A stretch of 64,000 nucleotides of DNA from Hyphomicrobium sp. (GTDB taxonomy: Bacteria; Pseudomonadota; Alphaproteobacteria; Rhizobiales; Hyphomicrobiaceae). Position numbers and translations under genes: made by a program. The stretch lies in assembly GCA_035547255.1 (NCBI GenBank), contig DASZVX010000156.1, positions 708 through 64,707 of the forward strand, written 5' to 3'. Positions 36,668 to 45,832 of the stretch are shown here, piece by piece (within the stretch, counting starts at the first letter, position 1; every line of letters begins with the position of its first letter). Under the pieces are notes generated by a model. It was not told the DNA's origin and searched no databases. It worked only from the letters and a program-made list of their open reading frames with translations.

Positions 36668-36744
36668 GTCCGTATGTCCACTGTTGCCAACCGCAACGCA
36701 CACGCGCTTGAACGCACCTCAACGCGATAGCGAAGTGCTTGTTA

Positions 36745-36807
36745 AACCGGACGAACCGACCGCCAGTTCCTTCTCTTTTCCGGGAACCCTCAGTGCAGCG
36801 AGGAGTT
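36745..36807. promoter_or_regulatory. Back-to-back sigma-EcfG promoters
   Basis: Minus GGAAC-N17-GGTT (36770-36745); plus GGAAC-N16-AGTT (36783-36807). Confidence 0.65.
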
Positions 36808-36894
36808 TGACCGCCAGACATGAAGGCCTTCCCACGAGCGAATGCGGTGTTCGTTCGGCGATGTAAGCCTTCACTCACAAGGAGAGGACACCGA

Positions 36895-37356
36895 ATGAAT
36901 CTCAAAGGTCTTTTGACGGTCGCAGCCGTGCCTGCGTTGGCAACGGTTGCGTATGCGCAAACCATAACGAACCCTTCCCCGTCGGGCACTCCGAATACTC
37001 CGAACGCGACGACTTCCGAACCGAAAGCGACAACGCCGAACGATGCGATGGCTCCGCAGTGGTACTCGCATCAACAGGGTGAATGGCGCACCAGCAAGCT
37101 CGTCGGATCGAAGGTGCGCAATAAAGCCGGCGACTCGATTGGCGACATCAACGAAATCATTCTCACGAATGATGGATCGGCTTCCGCGGCGGTGATCGGC
37201 GTCGGCGGCTTCCTCGGCATGGGCGAGCATCAGGTCGCGGTGCAATTCAAGTCCTTGAAGATCGATCGCGACTCCAACGGCAATGATGTCATTACGCTCG
37301 ACACCACGAAAGAAGCTCTGAAAAAAGCTCCTGAGTGGACGTGGCAGAGCACCTGA
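36895..37356 (+). CDS. Exported PRC-barrel protein
   Basis: Signal peptide; SKLVG..V.N..GD.IGDI.EI...AVIGVGGFLGMGE..VAV. Confidence 0.88.
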   Translation: MNLKGLLTVAAVPALATVAYAQTITNPSPSGTPNTPNATTSEPKATTPNDAMAPQWYSHQQGEWRTSKLVGSKVRNKAGDSIGDINEIILTNDGSASAAVIGVGGFLGMGEHQVAVQFKSLKIDRDSNGNDVITLDTTKEALKKAPEWTWQST

Positions 37357-37478
37357 CGCTCGCGATCGCAATTGATGTTGGCGGTCGCGCGTAACTTTCC
37401 AGAGGCGCGACCGCAGCACTGATTTTCTGCCGTACCAAAACGGCAGCTCGCAAGAATTGAACACTAGCGGAGGCGACA

Positions 37479-37844
37479 ATGCATCCTGAAACAACAATGC
37501 TGGAGACGAGCAAGGTGCCCGGAACGTCCGTCTACGGGCTATCGCATCAAGAGATCGGCGAGGTGGACGACTTGATCGTCGATACGACGACAGGGAAAGT
37601 TCGCTACGCCATTCTGAGCTTCGGCGGTTTTCTCGGCCTCGGTAAAAGCAGCTACGTCATCCCGTGGACGTCGCTGAAGTGGGACCCGGAACTCAATGGA
37701 TACATAACGGGCGTGACCGAGCAGCAATTGAAGATGTCTCCGGATCTCGATCCCCTGTCGCTCAGAGACCGGGAAATCGAGCAACAACTCCACGCCAACT
37801 ATGGCGCGCCGAGCTACTGGGATCTTGAAGCGCGCCACAACTGA
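37479..37844 (+). CDS. PRC-barrel protein
   Basis: V.GT.VY....IG.VDDL.VD...GKVRYA.LSFGGFLGLG...IPW..L. Confidence 0.88.
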   Translation: MHPETTMLETSKVPGTSVYGLSHQEIGEVDDLIVDTTTGKVRYAILSFGGFLGLGKSSYVIPWTSLKWDPELNGYITGVTEQQLKMSPDLDPLSLRDREIEQQLHANYGAPSYWDLEARHN

Positions 37845-37868
37845 GCGACGCGAAGAGCAGGCAATTCA

Positions 37869-37905
37869 GACATCCGCGAGCCATGGCTCGCGGATGCCCT
37901 TTTTC
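37869..37905 (+). terminator. Terminator hairpin
   Basis: catccgcgagcc-at-ggctcgcggatg followed by cccttttt. Confidence 0.6.
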
Positions 37906-37925
37906 TCATTCGAAGAAGAGCTTTC

Positions 37926-38222
37926 TCAAATCTTGGTCGGCGCAGATCCGAAGCTGTCTGGCACAGCGTTCTGCGGATCGAGCATCATCAAGGCTCTGTT
38001 GACCTCATCCAAGAGCGGCGGCTCGCCGCCGCCCATGTTCTCATCCGTTGCCCGTTGAAGGGCGCGCGCATCAAGCTCCCAGCGCTTCAGGATCTCGATC
38101 TTCTGTTCTCGTGAGAGTCCAGGGCATGCCACGACCTCGAGCGGAAAATCAAACACCGATACCGGACTGGTGATGGCTTCTGCGAGTTCTTGTTTTGTAA
38201 GGGTTACCGATTCCGTCTTCAT
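37926..38222 (-). CDS. Small hypothetical stress protein
   Basis: P.SVFD.P.EVV....LSREQK..IL.RWELDA..L.RATDENM.GGE; EcfG promoter upstream. Confidence 0.75.
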   Translation of the reverse strand: MKTESVTLTKQELAEAITSPVSVFDFPLEVVACPGLSREQKIEILKRWELDARALQRATDENMGGGEPPLLDEVNRALMMLDPQNAVPDSFGSAPTKI

Positions 38223-38252
38223 GCTGAACATCCTCGGGCGTCACTCTTCGAA

Positions 38253-38377
38253 AACGCCATACGGCACAGCGGGTTCCTCGGATGAACGATGTCTATCGAC
38301 CGATGCTGGAGTCAGAGAGCGGAACACTGAACGGCGAGAGGGACTTTCTCCGGAACCAAGACTTCGAACGCTGGGTT
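38253..38377. promoter_or_regulatory. Divergent sigma-EcfG promoters
   Basis: Minus GGAAC-N16-CGTT (38277-38253); plus GGAAC-N17-GGTT (38352-38377). Confidence 0.7.
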
Positions 38378-38412
38378 TTGATGACTGGAGCATCCAAACA
38401 AGGAGACCACGT

Positions 38413-38745
38413 ATGAAGATTTTGAAAGCCGCGGCTGCAGCGGCAGCATTGGCGGCAATCGGATCCGTCGGTGCAATGGCGCAGACGACCAATGAAAATC
38501 CCGAGACGATGCAGAATCCTCCAGCCGTGGCGCCGTCTACAACAGCTCCAGCCGACGAAGGCGCGAGCACGGGTGAAACGGGCGTGAACTCGCCGGCGGG
38601 AATTCCTGCTGATCCGAACACCAATCAGAATGTTCAGCCGGGCCCCTCAACTGGAACTCCGAACGATCCGGCGACCGGTGGCAATCCTGGTGCAAGAGCT
38701 CCGACCTCGCCGCCAGGAACAGGAACCGGTACGTCCGGTGAGTAA
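38413..38745 (+). CDS. Secreted low-complexity (Pro/Thr/Gly-rich) protein
   Basis: AGGAG RBS, signal peptide ending AMA-Q, disordered body. Confidence 0.7.
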   Translation: MKILKAAAAAAALAAIGSVGAMAQTTNENPETMQNPPAVAPSTTAPADEGASTGETGVNSPAGIPADPNTNQNVQPGPSTGTPNDPATGGNPGARAPTSPPGTGTGTSGE

Positions 38746-38767
38746 CCGAGGTGGATAGAATAAGTGG

Positions 38768-38799
38768 AAAGGTTCCGGGCCATCGCCCGGAACCTTTTT
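38768..38799. terminator. Bidirectional intrinsic terminator
   Basis: aaaggttccgggc-catc-gcccggaaccttttt. Confidence 0.8.
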
Positions 38800-38847
38800 A
38801 TTTGCTGTCTCTATCGGCGATCGGATACGTGCGATCTTCACACGTTC

Positions 38848-39375
38848 TCAGTCCGCACATAGGGTGTAACGGCGCCACCAATATGGGCTGCCGGTGCTAA
38901 CCGCTCTGCGATAGAGCCACCCGCAATCGTCACCGTAGTAGCCGTAATCATAATATCCATAATCGTCGAAATATGGCGCGCCGATAAAGATGCCCCTGCC
39001 GCGATGATGGTGGCGCCCACCGTGGCGCCAGCCGCCGTTCCATCTGTTGCCGGGACCCCGAAACGCGAAATTGCGAGATCCGCGCATTCCGCGTCCGGCG
39101 CCGAAGTTTCGTCCTGGGCTGAATGAAGGCCCGCTGCGGAACGAACGGCCGCCGAAGTTACCGCCGTGGAAGCCGCTCGAGCGTCCACCTCCACCACCGA
39201 AGTGCGGGCCACCTCCACCGCCTCCCCCAAAGTGGGGTCCGCCTCCGCCGCCAAAATGCCCTCCACCAAAATTTCCTCCTCCGCCGCCGCCGCCCATGGG
39301 TCTTGCGTCGGCGATCGCACCGCCAAGTGCCAGGAGCAAGGCTGCCCCTGACGCGATGATGATCTTCCTGTTCAT
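38848..39375 (-). CDS. Secreted Gly-rich protein with Tyr-rich/Cys C-terminus
   Basis: Signal peptide, GGGGGPHF repeats, C-terminal C.WLYRRA..TGSPYWW.RY..C. Confidence 0.75.
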   Translation of the reverse strand: MNRKIIIASGAALLLALGGAIADARPMGGGGGGGNFGGGHFGGGGGPHFGGGGGGGPHFGGGGGRSSGFHGGNFGGRSFRSGPSFSPGRNFGAGRGMRGSRNFAFRGPGNRWNGGWRHGGRHHHRGRGIFIGAPYFDDYGYYDYGYYGDDCGWLYRRAVSTGSPYWWRRYTLCAD

Positions 39376-39422
39376 TGATCGGCTCCTAGCTGTATTGGCG
39401 TGTTTCAACGCCTTGATTGATT

Positions 39423-39507
39423 AACCGCAAAGTTCAGCGGCCAGTTCCGGCAACGCCCGCTGCTTCGCGATGTGCGAACCCGGAACAAGGCGCAATCACG
39501 GGGCGTT
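39423..39507. promoter_or_regulatory. Divergent sigma-EcfG promoters
   Basis: Minus GGAAC-N17-GGTT (39448-39423); plus GGAAC-N17-CGTT (39482-39507). Confidence 0.7.
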
Positions 39508-39545
39508 TCATTGTCCGTCCTCCATAAGTCACAAGCGGTGGTTCC

Positions 39546-40838
39546 ATGCCCGTCTCCGACGCGGAACGAAATCCAGCCGTCGGCCCAAGCAAACCGCGCC
39601 TGTTCAAGATTCTCGGCCCGGGACTGATAACGGGCGCTTCCGACGATGATCCAAGCGGCATTGCAACGTACTCACAAGCCGGAGCGCTTTTCGGGTTCGG
39701 ATTGCTCTGGACGATGGTGCTTGCCTATCCGTTGATGGCGGCCGTGCAAGAGATCAGCGCCCGGATCGGGCGCACGACCGGCAAAGGCCTCGCAGGGAAC
39801 ATCATCCCCCACTATCCGCCTCCGGTTGTCTATGGGCTCGTGGGCCTGCTGTTCATGGCGAACATCGTCAACATCGGTGCAAACCTCGGCGCCATGGGCG
39901 ACGCCGTTGCGCTTCTCATCGGCGGGCCGAGGCTTCTCTATGTCGTCGCGTTCGGGATCGTCTGCACGTTGATGGAAATCTTCATGCGCTATACCCGCTA
40001 CGTCGCCGTTCTGAAGTGGCTGACGATTGCACTGTTCTCCTATATCGCAACGATGTTCGTCGTCGACATACCATGGGGCGATGTCGCGAAAGGCCTGCTC
40101 GTCCCGAATTTCTCCTCCAGTCCGAACTACTGGGAAACCATCGTCGCGATATTCGGAACGACGATCAGCCCCTACCTCTTCTTCTGGCAGGCGTCGCAAG
40201 AGGTCGAAGACATTCACGAGATCCCGCGGCGGGAGCCGCTTCTGAAAAGCCCGCGGCAAGCGCCGTCGGCCGAGGAGCGCATCCGTCTCGACACACTCGT
40301 CGGGATGGCGTTTTCGAATATCGTCGCGATGTCGATCATCATCACCGTCGGCGCGACGCTGCATCCGGCCGGTGTCACCGACATCGAAAGCTCGGCTCAG
40401 GCCGCCGAAGCGTTGAAGCCGATCGGCGGTTCGCTTGCCTTCGGCCTCTTTGCGCTCGGGATCATCGGCACGGGGCTTTTGTCCATCCCGGTGCTGGCGG
40501 GCTCAGCCGCTTATGCGTTCGGCGAAGCGCTCAAATGGAAAGTCGGATTGTCGCTCGACCCAACGGAAGGCCGTGCATTCTACGGCATGATCGCGCTTTC
40601 GACTCTCGTCGGCATTGCGATCAACTTTTCGGGAATGAACCCGATCAAGGCCCTCTATTATAGCGCCGTGATCAATGGGCTTGTCGCAGTTCCGATCATC
40701 GTTATCATGATGCTGATTGCGGCCGACAGCAGGGTCATGGGACAATTCAAGGTCGGAGGCTGGCTCAGCTACCTCGGTTGGGCGACCGCCGTCGTGATGG
40801 CGTTAGCGAGCGTCGCAATGGTCATTCAGGCCCTGTGA
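39546..40838 (+). CDS. NRAMP-family divalent metal transporter
   Basis: LGPGLITGASDDDPSGIATYSQAGA, GTTISPYLFFWQ. Confidence 0.9.
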   Translation: MPVSDAERNPAVGPSKPRLFKILGPGLITGASDDDPSGIATYSQAGALFGFGLLWTMVLAYPLMAAVQEISARIGRTTGKGLAGNIIPHYPPPVVYGLVGLLFMANIVNIGANLGAMGDAVALLIGGPRLLYVVAFGIVCTLMEIFMRYTRYVAVLKWLTIALFSYIATMFVVDIPWGDVAKGLLVPNFSSSPNYWETIVAIFGTTISPYLFFWQASQEVEDIHEIPRREPLLKSPRQAPSAEERIRLDTLVGMAFSNIVAMSIIITVGATLHPAGVTDIESSAQAAEALKPIGGSLAFGLFALGIIGTGLLSIPVLAGSAAYAFGEALKWKVGLSLDPTEGRAFYGMIALSTLVGIAINFSGMNPIKALYYSAVINGLVAVPIIVIMMLIAADSRVMGQFKVGGWLSYLGWATAVVMALASVAMVIQAL

Positions 40839-40854
40839 ATGCTCGCAATTCCGC

Positions 40855-41070
40855 TTATTCTTCTTCAGAACCCAGCAGCCCATAATCCTGCGATCTCATA
40901 GGCTTCACCGCGCCTTCCTCCTGTTTCACACGAAGGCCTACATTCAGGAGCTGGCGTATCGCGGCAGCGCGGCTGGGCATGCGTTGCTGAAAGCGCCAAT
41001 TGTCGATTGCTGCGAGTTCTTCGTCACTCAGCATAATCTGGAGCCGCGTCTCGCGGGACAATCCGTTCAT
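40855..41070 (-). CDS. Small ribbon-helix-helix-like protein
   Basis: RLQIMLS.EEL.AID.WRF..RMPSRAAAIR.LL. Confidence 0.7.
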   Translation of the reverse strand: MNGLSRETRLQIMLSDEELAAIDNWRFQQRMPSRAAAIRQLLNVGLRVKQEEGAVKPMRSQDYGLLGSEEE

Positions 41071-41127
41071 GGGCTCACTCCCCTACCCTTATGACTAAAA
41101 CATCACCAATTACTCATTCGACAGCCA

Positions 41128-41152
41128 AACTCCCATTGATGTAATATGTTCC
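41128..41152 (-). promoter_or_regulatory. Sigma-EcfG promoter
   Basis: GGAAC-N16-AGTT. Confidence 0.55.
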
Positions 41153-41241
41153 CACTCCCCGTTGATCTCGTAGTTGGGACTTCGCGGATTTCTAATCCCA
41201 CGCGTCCGTGCATTATGACTCATGCGATTATTGCGCGAGTA

Positions 41242-41481
41242 ATGACAATGTCCTCAGGGTTTAATGTCTTTGGGCCGGAAGATCTCGAACGCGCCGAAAG
41301 TGTCCTCAATGAAGTCTGGACTTTGCTGCCGGGCGATGTGCGCAACGGTCCAAGTGCCGTTATCCTGCGCGAGCGCTTGGCCCGGCACGTTCTCGCGGCC
41401 ATGACCAACACCCGCGCCGGTCATGACGAACTCAAAGCCTCGGTGATGAGAGCTGGCGCGGCAGATTTGTCCCATACCTGA
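41242..41481 (+). CDS. Small hypothetical protein
   Basis: VFGPEDL......L.EVW..L......RERLAR.VL pattern resembling small alphaproteobacterial proteins. Confidence 0.5.
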   Translation: MTMSSGFNVFGPEDLERAESVLNEVWTLLPGDVRNGPSAVILRERLARHVLAAMTNTRAGHDELKASVMRAGAADLSHT

Positions 41482-41491
41482 ACGGCGGCAA

Positions 41492-41517
41492 GGAACCATC
41501 CGACGCGCCAAGCCGTT
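41492..41517 (+). promoter_or_regulatory. Sigma-EcfG promoter of the ligD genes
   Basis: GGAAC-N17-CGTT. Confidence 0.7.
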
Positions 41518-41679
41518 CATAAATCAGACGCATGTACCAACGTGTGTTAGGCGCCGAGAGGTGCTGGGCCGTCCGGGAGCCTTTACGACTCCCCGGCGGC
41601 TTCTTCATTTTCGGGGATGCGCTGGCGAATAGGGCAGCGCGCGTCTAAGCTCCTCAAGATCTTTGCGGAGACGACACGG

Positions 41680-43353
41680 ATGGCCACCAAACAGCTTTCC
41701 GAATATCGCGCCAAGCGTGATTTCACGAAGACGGCGGAGCCGAGTGGGTCGGCGGCGGTTCGTCCGGCCAAGCATCGCCGCTTTGTCATCCAGAAACACG
41801 ACGCGACGCGATTGCACTACGATCTGCGCCTGGAACTCGACGGCGTCTTCAAATCATGGGCCGTCACGAAGGGGCCGTCGCTAGATCCCAAAGTCAAGCG
41901 CCTCGCCGTTGAGGTCGAGGATCATCCGCTCGATTACGGCGACTTCGAAGGCACGATCCCGAAAGGCCAGTACGGCGGCGGCACCGTGATGGTCTGGGAT
42001 CGCGGATATTGGGCACCGCTCGGCGAGGAGAGTCCCGAGCAGCAATTGCGTAAAGGCGATCTGAAATTCGTTCTCGTCGGAGATAAGCTCGAGGGAAGCT
42101 GGGTGCTCGTGCGCATGAAGAACGATCGCGCCGGGAACAGGCGCACGAACTGGCTTTTGATCAAGCACCGCGATCAAACTGCGAAGCCCGGTGAAGGCGA
42201 CAGCATTCTTTCGGAGGACCGTTCGGTTGCTTCAAACCGAACGATGAATGACATCGCGGCTGGACGCGGCAAAGGCCCGGAGCCCTTCATTCTGAAGCGC
42301 CGTGCGGCTGCGAAGCCCGATGCCGTCTGGAATTCGAACCGCGCCGATGGGCGCGCCGAAGAAGACGACAAGGAGCCTCCCCCACTGCGCCGCACGCCTC
42401 TGCGCAAGGCCGCAAAATCGACGAAGCGGGCCGCCAACAAAGGCAATCATGGGCCGAACATCGTTCGCGGGATCACGATCTCAAGCCCCGACAAAGAGAT
42501 GTGGCCCGCCGCAGATGGCGCCGCTATTTCGAAGCTCGATCTCGCGCACTATCTCGAAACGATCGGGCCTTGGATGCTCGGCCACATCAAGGGCCGGCCC
42601 TGTTCCGTCATCCGCGCGCCGGACGGCATAGAAGGCGAGATGTTCTTTCAGCGCCGCGCCATGCGCGGCATGTCGGCTGAAATCGATCTCGTTCGTGTCT
42701 CCGGCGATCGCGAGCCCTACATCGAAGTCAACAGTGTCGATGGCCTCGTAGCACTCGGGCAGATTGCGGCGCTGGAATTTCATCCGTGGAATTGCGAACC
42801 GTTCGAGCCCGATGTGCCGGGTCGTCTGGTGTTCGATCTCGATCCGGGGCCGGATGTCGAATTCTCGCGCGTCGTCGATACCGCCAACGAACTGCGCGAG
42901 CGATTGGAGAACGTCGGCCTTATCGCCTTCTGCAAAACGACCGGAGGCAAAGGCCTGCACGTCGTGACGCCGTTGAAACCGCGTCGCGGCGACGGCGTCG
43001 GCTGGAAGGAAGCGAAGATGTTCGCGGCCGCAATCTGTCAGCAGATGGCCGAGGATGATCCGCGCGCCTACGTGATCAAGATGACGAAGAAGCTGCGCAA
43101 GGGGCGCATTTTTCTCGACTACCTCCGCAACGATCGCATGGCGACCGCCGTTGCGCCGCTGTCGCCACGCGCCCGGCCTGGAGCGACCGTCTCGATGCCG
43201 TTGACATGGAGCCAGGTTCGCAAGGGCCTCGATCCGAAGCGCTTTACCGTTCACACGGTTCCCGATCTCATCGCGAAGTCCAAGGCTTGGGAAGACTATT
43301 GCTCGTCCGAGCGACCGCTCCGGGCCGCGATCAAGTCGCTGCTCGGCCAGTGA
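41680..43353 (+). CDS. ligD: LigD 3'-phosphoesterase plus primase-polymerase domains (no ligase domain)
   Basis: PE: FVIQKHDATRLHYDLRLE, KSWAV.KGPS, EDHPLDY..FEG.IP; POL: R.PDGI.GE.FFQ, FDLDP, KTTGGKGLHV, IFLDYLRN. Confidence 0.9.
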   Translation: MATKQLSEYRAKRDFTKTAEPSGSAAVRPAKHRRFVIQKHDATRLHYDLRLELDGVFKSWAVTKGPSLDPKVKRLAVEVEDHPLDYGDFEGTIPKGQYGGGTVMVWDRGYWAPLGEESPEQQLRKGDLKFVLVGDKLEGSWVLVRMKNDRAGNRRTNWLLIKHRDQTAKPGEGDSILSEDRSVASNRTMNDIAAGRGKGPEPFILKRRAAAKPDAVWNSNRADGRAEEDDKEPPPLRRTPLRKAAKSTKRAANKGNHGPNIVRGITISSPDKEMWPAADGAAISKLDLAHYLETIGPWMLGHIKGRPCSVIRAPDGIEGEMFFQRRAMRGMSAEIDLVRVSGDREPYIEVNSVDGLVALGQIAALEFHPWNCEPFEPDVPGRLVFDLDPGPDVEFSRVVDTANELRERLENVGLIAFCKTTGGKGLHVVTPLKPRRGDGVGWKEAKMFAAAICQQMAEDDPRAYVIKMTKKLRKGRIFLDYLRNDRMATAVAPLSPRARPGATVSMPLTWSQVRKGLDPKRFTVHTVPDLIAKSKAWEDYCSSERPLRAAIKSLLGQ

Positions 43354-43373
43354 CGCAGCGCGGAGGATCGGTC

Positions 43374-44423
43374 ATGAAGTCGCGAGCGCGAACAACGGCA
43401 GCGCGGACGACAACGAAGCCGCGAGATCGCACACTTTCTCCAAGTTCCATTGCGGATGCCGTCAAGAGCGCGCTTCCGGACTTCGTCAAGCCATGCCTTG
43501 CGACGCTCGTCGCGGCGCCGCCAGAGGGCGACGACTGGGTGCATGAGATCAAGTTCGACGGCTATCGCATTCAGGCCCGCATCGATGGCAGCGATGTCAA
43601 GCTCATCACGCGGAGCGGGCTCGACTGGACCCAGCGCTTCGGCACGATCCCCGCATCGTTGCGGAAGCTGCATCATGGCAAGGCGCTGATCGACGGAGAG
43701 CTGGTCGTCGAGGACAGTTCCGGGCATTCGAGCTTTACGGAGCTGGCGGCGGCGCTGAAGGGGGCGCATTCGGAACGCTTCGTCTTTCAGTGCTTCGATC
43801 TTCTGCATCTCGACGGCTTCAATCTGATGCCCGCTACGCTCCTCGACCGCAAAGACCTGCTTCGCCAATTGCTCGCGGATCAGACAACCCACCAAATCCG
43901 CTACAGCGATCATCTTGCGGGAGACGGTGCGCGCATGCTGACGGAAGCCTGTCGGCTCGGGCTCGAAGGCATCGTCACGAAACGCGCCGACAGGCCCTAT
44001 CGCTCGGGCCGTCATGATGAATGGCTGAAGAGCAAATGCTTCCAGGTCGATGAGTTTGTGATCCTCGGCTACGTCGTCTCCAATGTAGCAGAGAATGCGG
44101 TCGGTGCGCTCGTCGTCGGGTATTTCGAGCGGAAACACCTGGTGTATGCCGGGCGTGTCGGGACGGGCTTCACGCAGCAGACGGCGGTGGCGCTCATGCG
44201 CAAATTGAAGCCGCTACAGAGCGCCCCGCCACCGTTCGCATCGCAACTGACGGGCGTGCAGAGAAAGGGCGTCATCTGGGTCGAGCCGATCGTCGTCGCG
44301 CAAATCGAATATCGAGCATGGACGGCAGATAACCTATTGCGGCACGCGGCGTTCAAGGGGCTGCGCGAAGACAAGCCCGCGACGGAGGTCCGACGCCCTG
44401 TTATCAAATCCCCAAAGATCTGA
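43374..44423 (+). CDS. ATP-dependent DNA ligase (stand-alone LigD ligase domain)
   Basis: HEIKFDGYR, DGE, FDLL, EGIV.KR...Y.SGR, G.VGTGF, LRH..FKGLREDK; GGAGG RBS. Confidence 0.9.
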   Translation: MKSRARTTAARTTTKPRDRTLSPSSIADAVKSALPDFVKPCLATLVAAPPEGDDWVHEIKFDGYRIQARIDGSDVKLITRSGLDWTQRFGTIPASLRKLHHGKALIDGELVVEDSSGHSSFTELAAALKGAHSERFVFQCFDLLHLDGFNLMPATLLDRKDLLRQLLADQTTHQIRYSDHLAGDGARMLTEACRLGLEGIVTKRADRPYRSGRHDEWLKSKCFQVDEFVILGYVVSNVAENAVGALVVGYFERKHLVYAGRVGTGFTQQTAVALMRKLKPLQSAPPPFASQLTGVQRKGVIWVEPIVVAQIEYRAWTADNLLRHAAFKGLREDKPATEVRRPVIKSPKI

Positions 44424-44443
44424 CGTAAGATAACGGGCCGTGC

Positions 44444-45343
44444 TTAGCCGCGCGCCCGGCTTTTCGGTTTTGACCGCGGCTTGCTGCGCTTCGCCGGTTC
44501 GCGCTTCTGGTGAGACGCCGCCGTCTTCGTGGATGAGCGCCCGCTCTTTGCTGGCGCTTTTCCTGTCGAGCGGCGGAGGGCGTCCATGAAATCGATGACC
44601 GTGCCGCCTGCCGGGCGCTCGTCGCCGCCGCCGACTTCCGTCGATTCTCCGCCCTCGACCTTGTCCTTGACGAGTTTGCGAAGCGCTTCGGCGTAATGGT
44701 TCTTGAAATCGCCGGGCTCGAATTTACGCGTGCGCTCGTCGATGAGTTGCTTCGCCATTTCGATCAGCTCGGGCCTCAGCTTACCCTTCCCGATATCGGA
44801 GAAGACCTCGTCGGCATCCCTCACCTCGTTGGCGTAACGCAGTGTTTCAACCATCAGGCCTTCGCCGCTCGGCTTCATCGCGATCAGATTTTCGCGGCCA
44901 CGCATCGTCAATTGTCCGACACCGTATTTCTTTGCCGATTTCAGCGCATCGCGAATGATGCGATAGCCTTCTTCCGCGACGTCGCCATCCGGAAGCACGT
45001 AATAGGGGTTATCGAAATAGAGCGGATCGATCGAGCACGCGTCGACGAATTCGGTCAGCTCGATGGTGTGGCGCGTCGACAGTTTGAGCTTATCGAGTTC
45101 GCCGGATTCAAACAGCACGTAGCTGCCGTCGTCGAGTTCATAGCCCTGCACGATGTCGGATTGCGGTACCACCTTGCCGGTCTCGCCTGCCACTTTCTGG
45201 TAGCGGATGCGTTGCTTCGATTTGCGATCGACCTGGTGCAGCGCGATCTTATCTTCGGATGCCGTCGCGCTGACGAGCCGGATCGGGATGGTGACAAGCG
45301 CCAGGCGAAGATGCCCCTTCCAGAAGGACCGCGCGGTGGCCAT
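44444..45343 (-). CDS. ku: NHEJ DNA end-binding protein Ku
   Basis: WKGHLRLALVTIP, RIRYQKV, IDPLYFD.PYY..P, GRE, F...Y..AL..L, V.DFMDALR.S, basic tail. Confidence 0.95.
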   Translation of the reverse strand: MATARSFWKGHLRLALVTIPIRLVSATASEDKIALHQVDRKSKQRIRYQKVAGETGKVVPQSDIVQGYELDDGSYVLFESGELDKLKLSTRHTIELTEFVDACSIDPLYFDNPYYVLPDGDVAEEGYRIIRDALKSAKKYGVGQLTMRGRENLIAMKPSGEGLMVETLRYANEVRDADEVFSDIGKGKLRPELIEMAKQLIDERTRKFEPGDFKNHYAEALRKLVKDKVEGGESTEVGGGDERPAGGTVIDFMDALRRSTGKAPAKSGRSSTKTAASHQKREPAKRSKPRSKPKSRARG

Positions 45344-45416
45344 GACTTACTCCCTGGAACGCAATACACTAGGGGAACTATAGCACGGGAATGCCGTAAA
45401 AACTTCCTCGGATCAC

Positions 45417-45441
45417 AACACGACACCTCGTCTTCGGTTCC
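45417..45441 (-). promoter_or_regulatory. Sigma-EcfG promoter of ku
   Basis: GGAAC-N16-TGTT. Confidence 0.6.
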
Positions 45442-45468
45442 GCTTAACGGTGTTCCGGATGCGTATTG

Positions 45469-45663
45469 TTATTTCGGAACGGTGATCGCGACCCAATGAT
45501 AGCGGTGTTTCAGCGTACGCCGGTGCGCCTCCGCCTCCTGCCTCGTCGCAAACGTCATCGCCTGGTCGACGTCCGAGACCGAGTTATCGGCGGTACCCAG
45601 ATAGACTTCCTGACCTCCGGAATAAACGACGTCCGGCTTGCGCTCAATCAGCATCCATTTCAT
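45469..45663 (-). CDS. Small hypothetical protein
   Basis: 64-aa ORF with an A.TFATRQEA motif; GAG upstream. Confidence 0.45.
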   Translation of the reverse strand: MKWMLIERKPDVVYSGGQEVYLGTADNSVSDVDQAMTFATRQEAEAHRRTLKHRYHWVAITVPK

Positions 45664-45832
45664 CGGCTCTACTCATCGGTCCCGGGGCCGGCACAATGAT
45701 CGGCCAGGATTTGAAATGGATTTTACCCGTTCGATCCGGCAGAGAAATTAGAAATCGTCCGGGCAGCACAAAATTGACTGCAGCAGCATCCACGTCGCGA
45801 GCAAAGCTTCTTATAGGCGCGGTCTCAACGCG

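Noticed and set aside
39160-39300. Tandem ccaccaccg-like DNA repeats
   Set aside because: Explained by the poly-Gly coding tract of 38848-39375.
45374-45398. Additional plus-strand EcfG-like motif GGAAC-N16-CGTA
   Set aside because: Imperfect -10 and no credible plus-strand gene downstream.
34878-45700. tRNA-anchored integrative island for the stress block
   Set aside because: The block lies on the 5' side of the tRNA, and I saw no integrase or duplicated tRNA 3' end.
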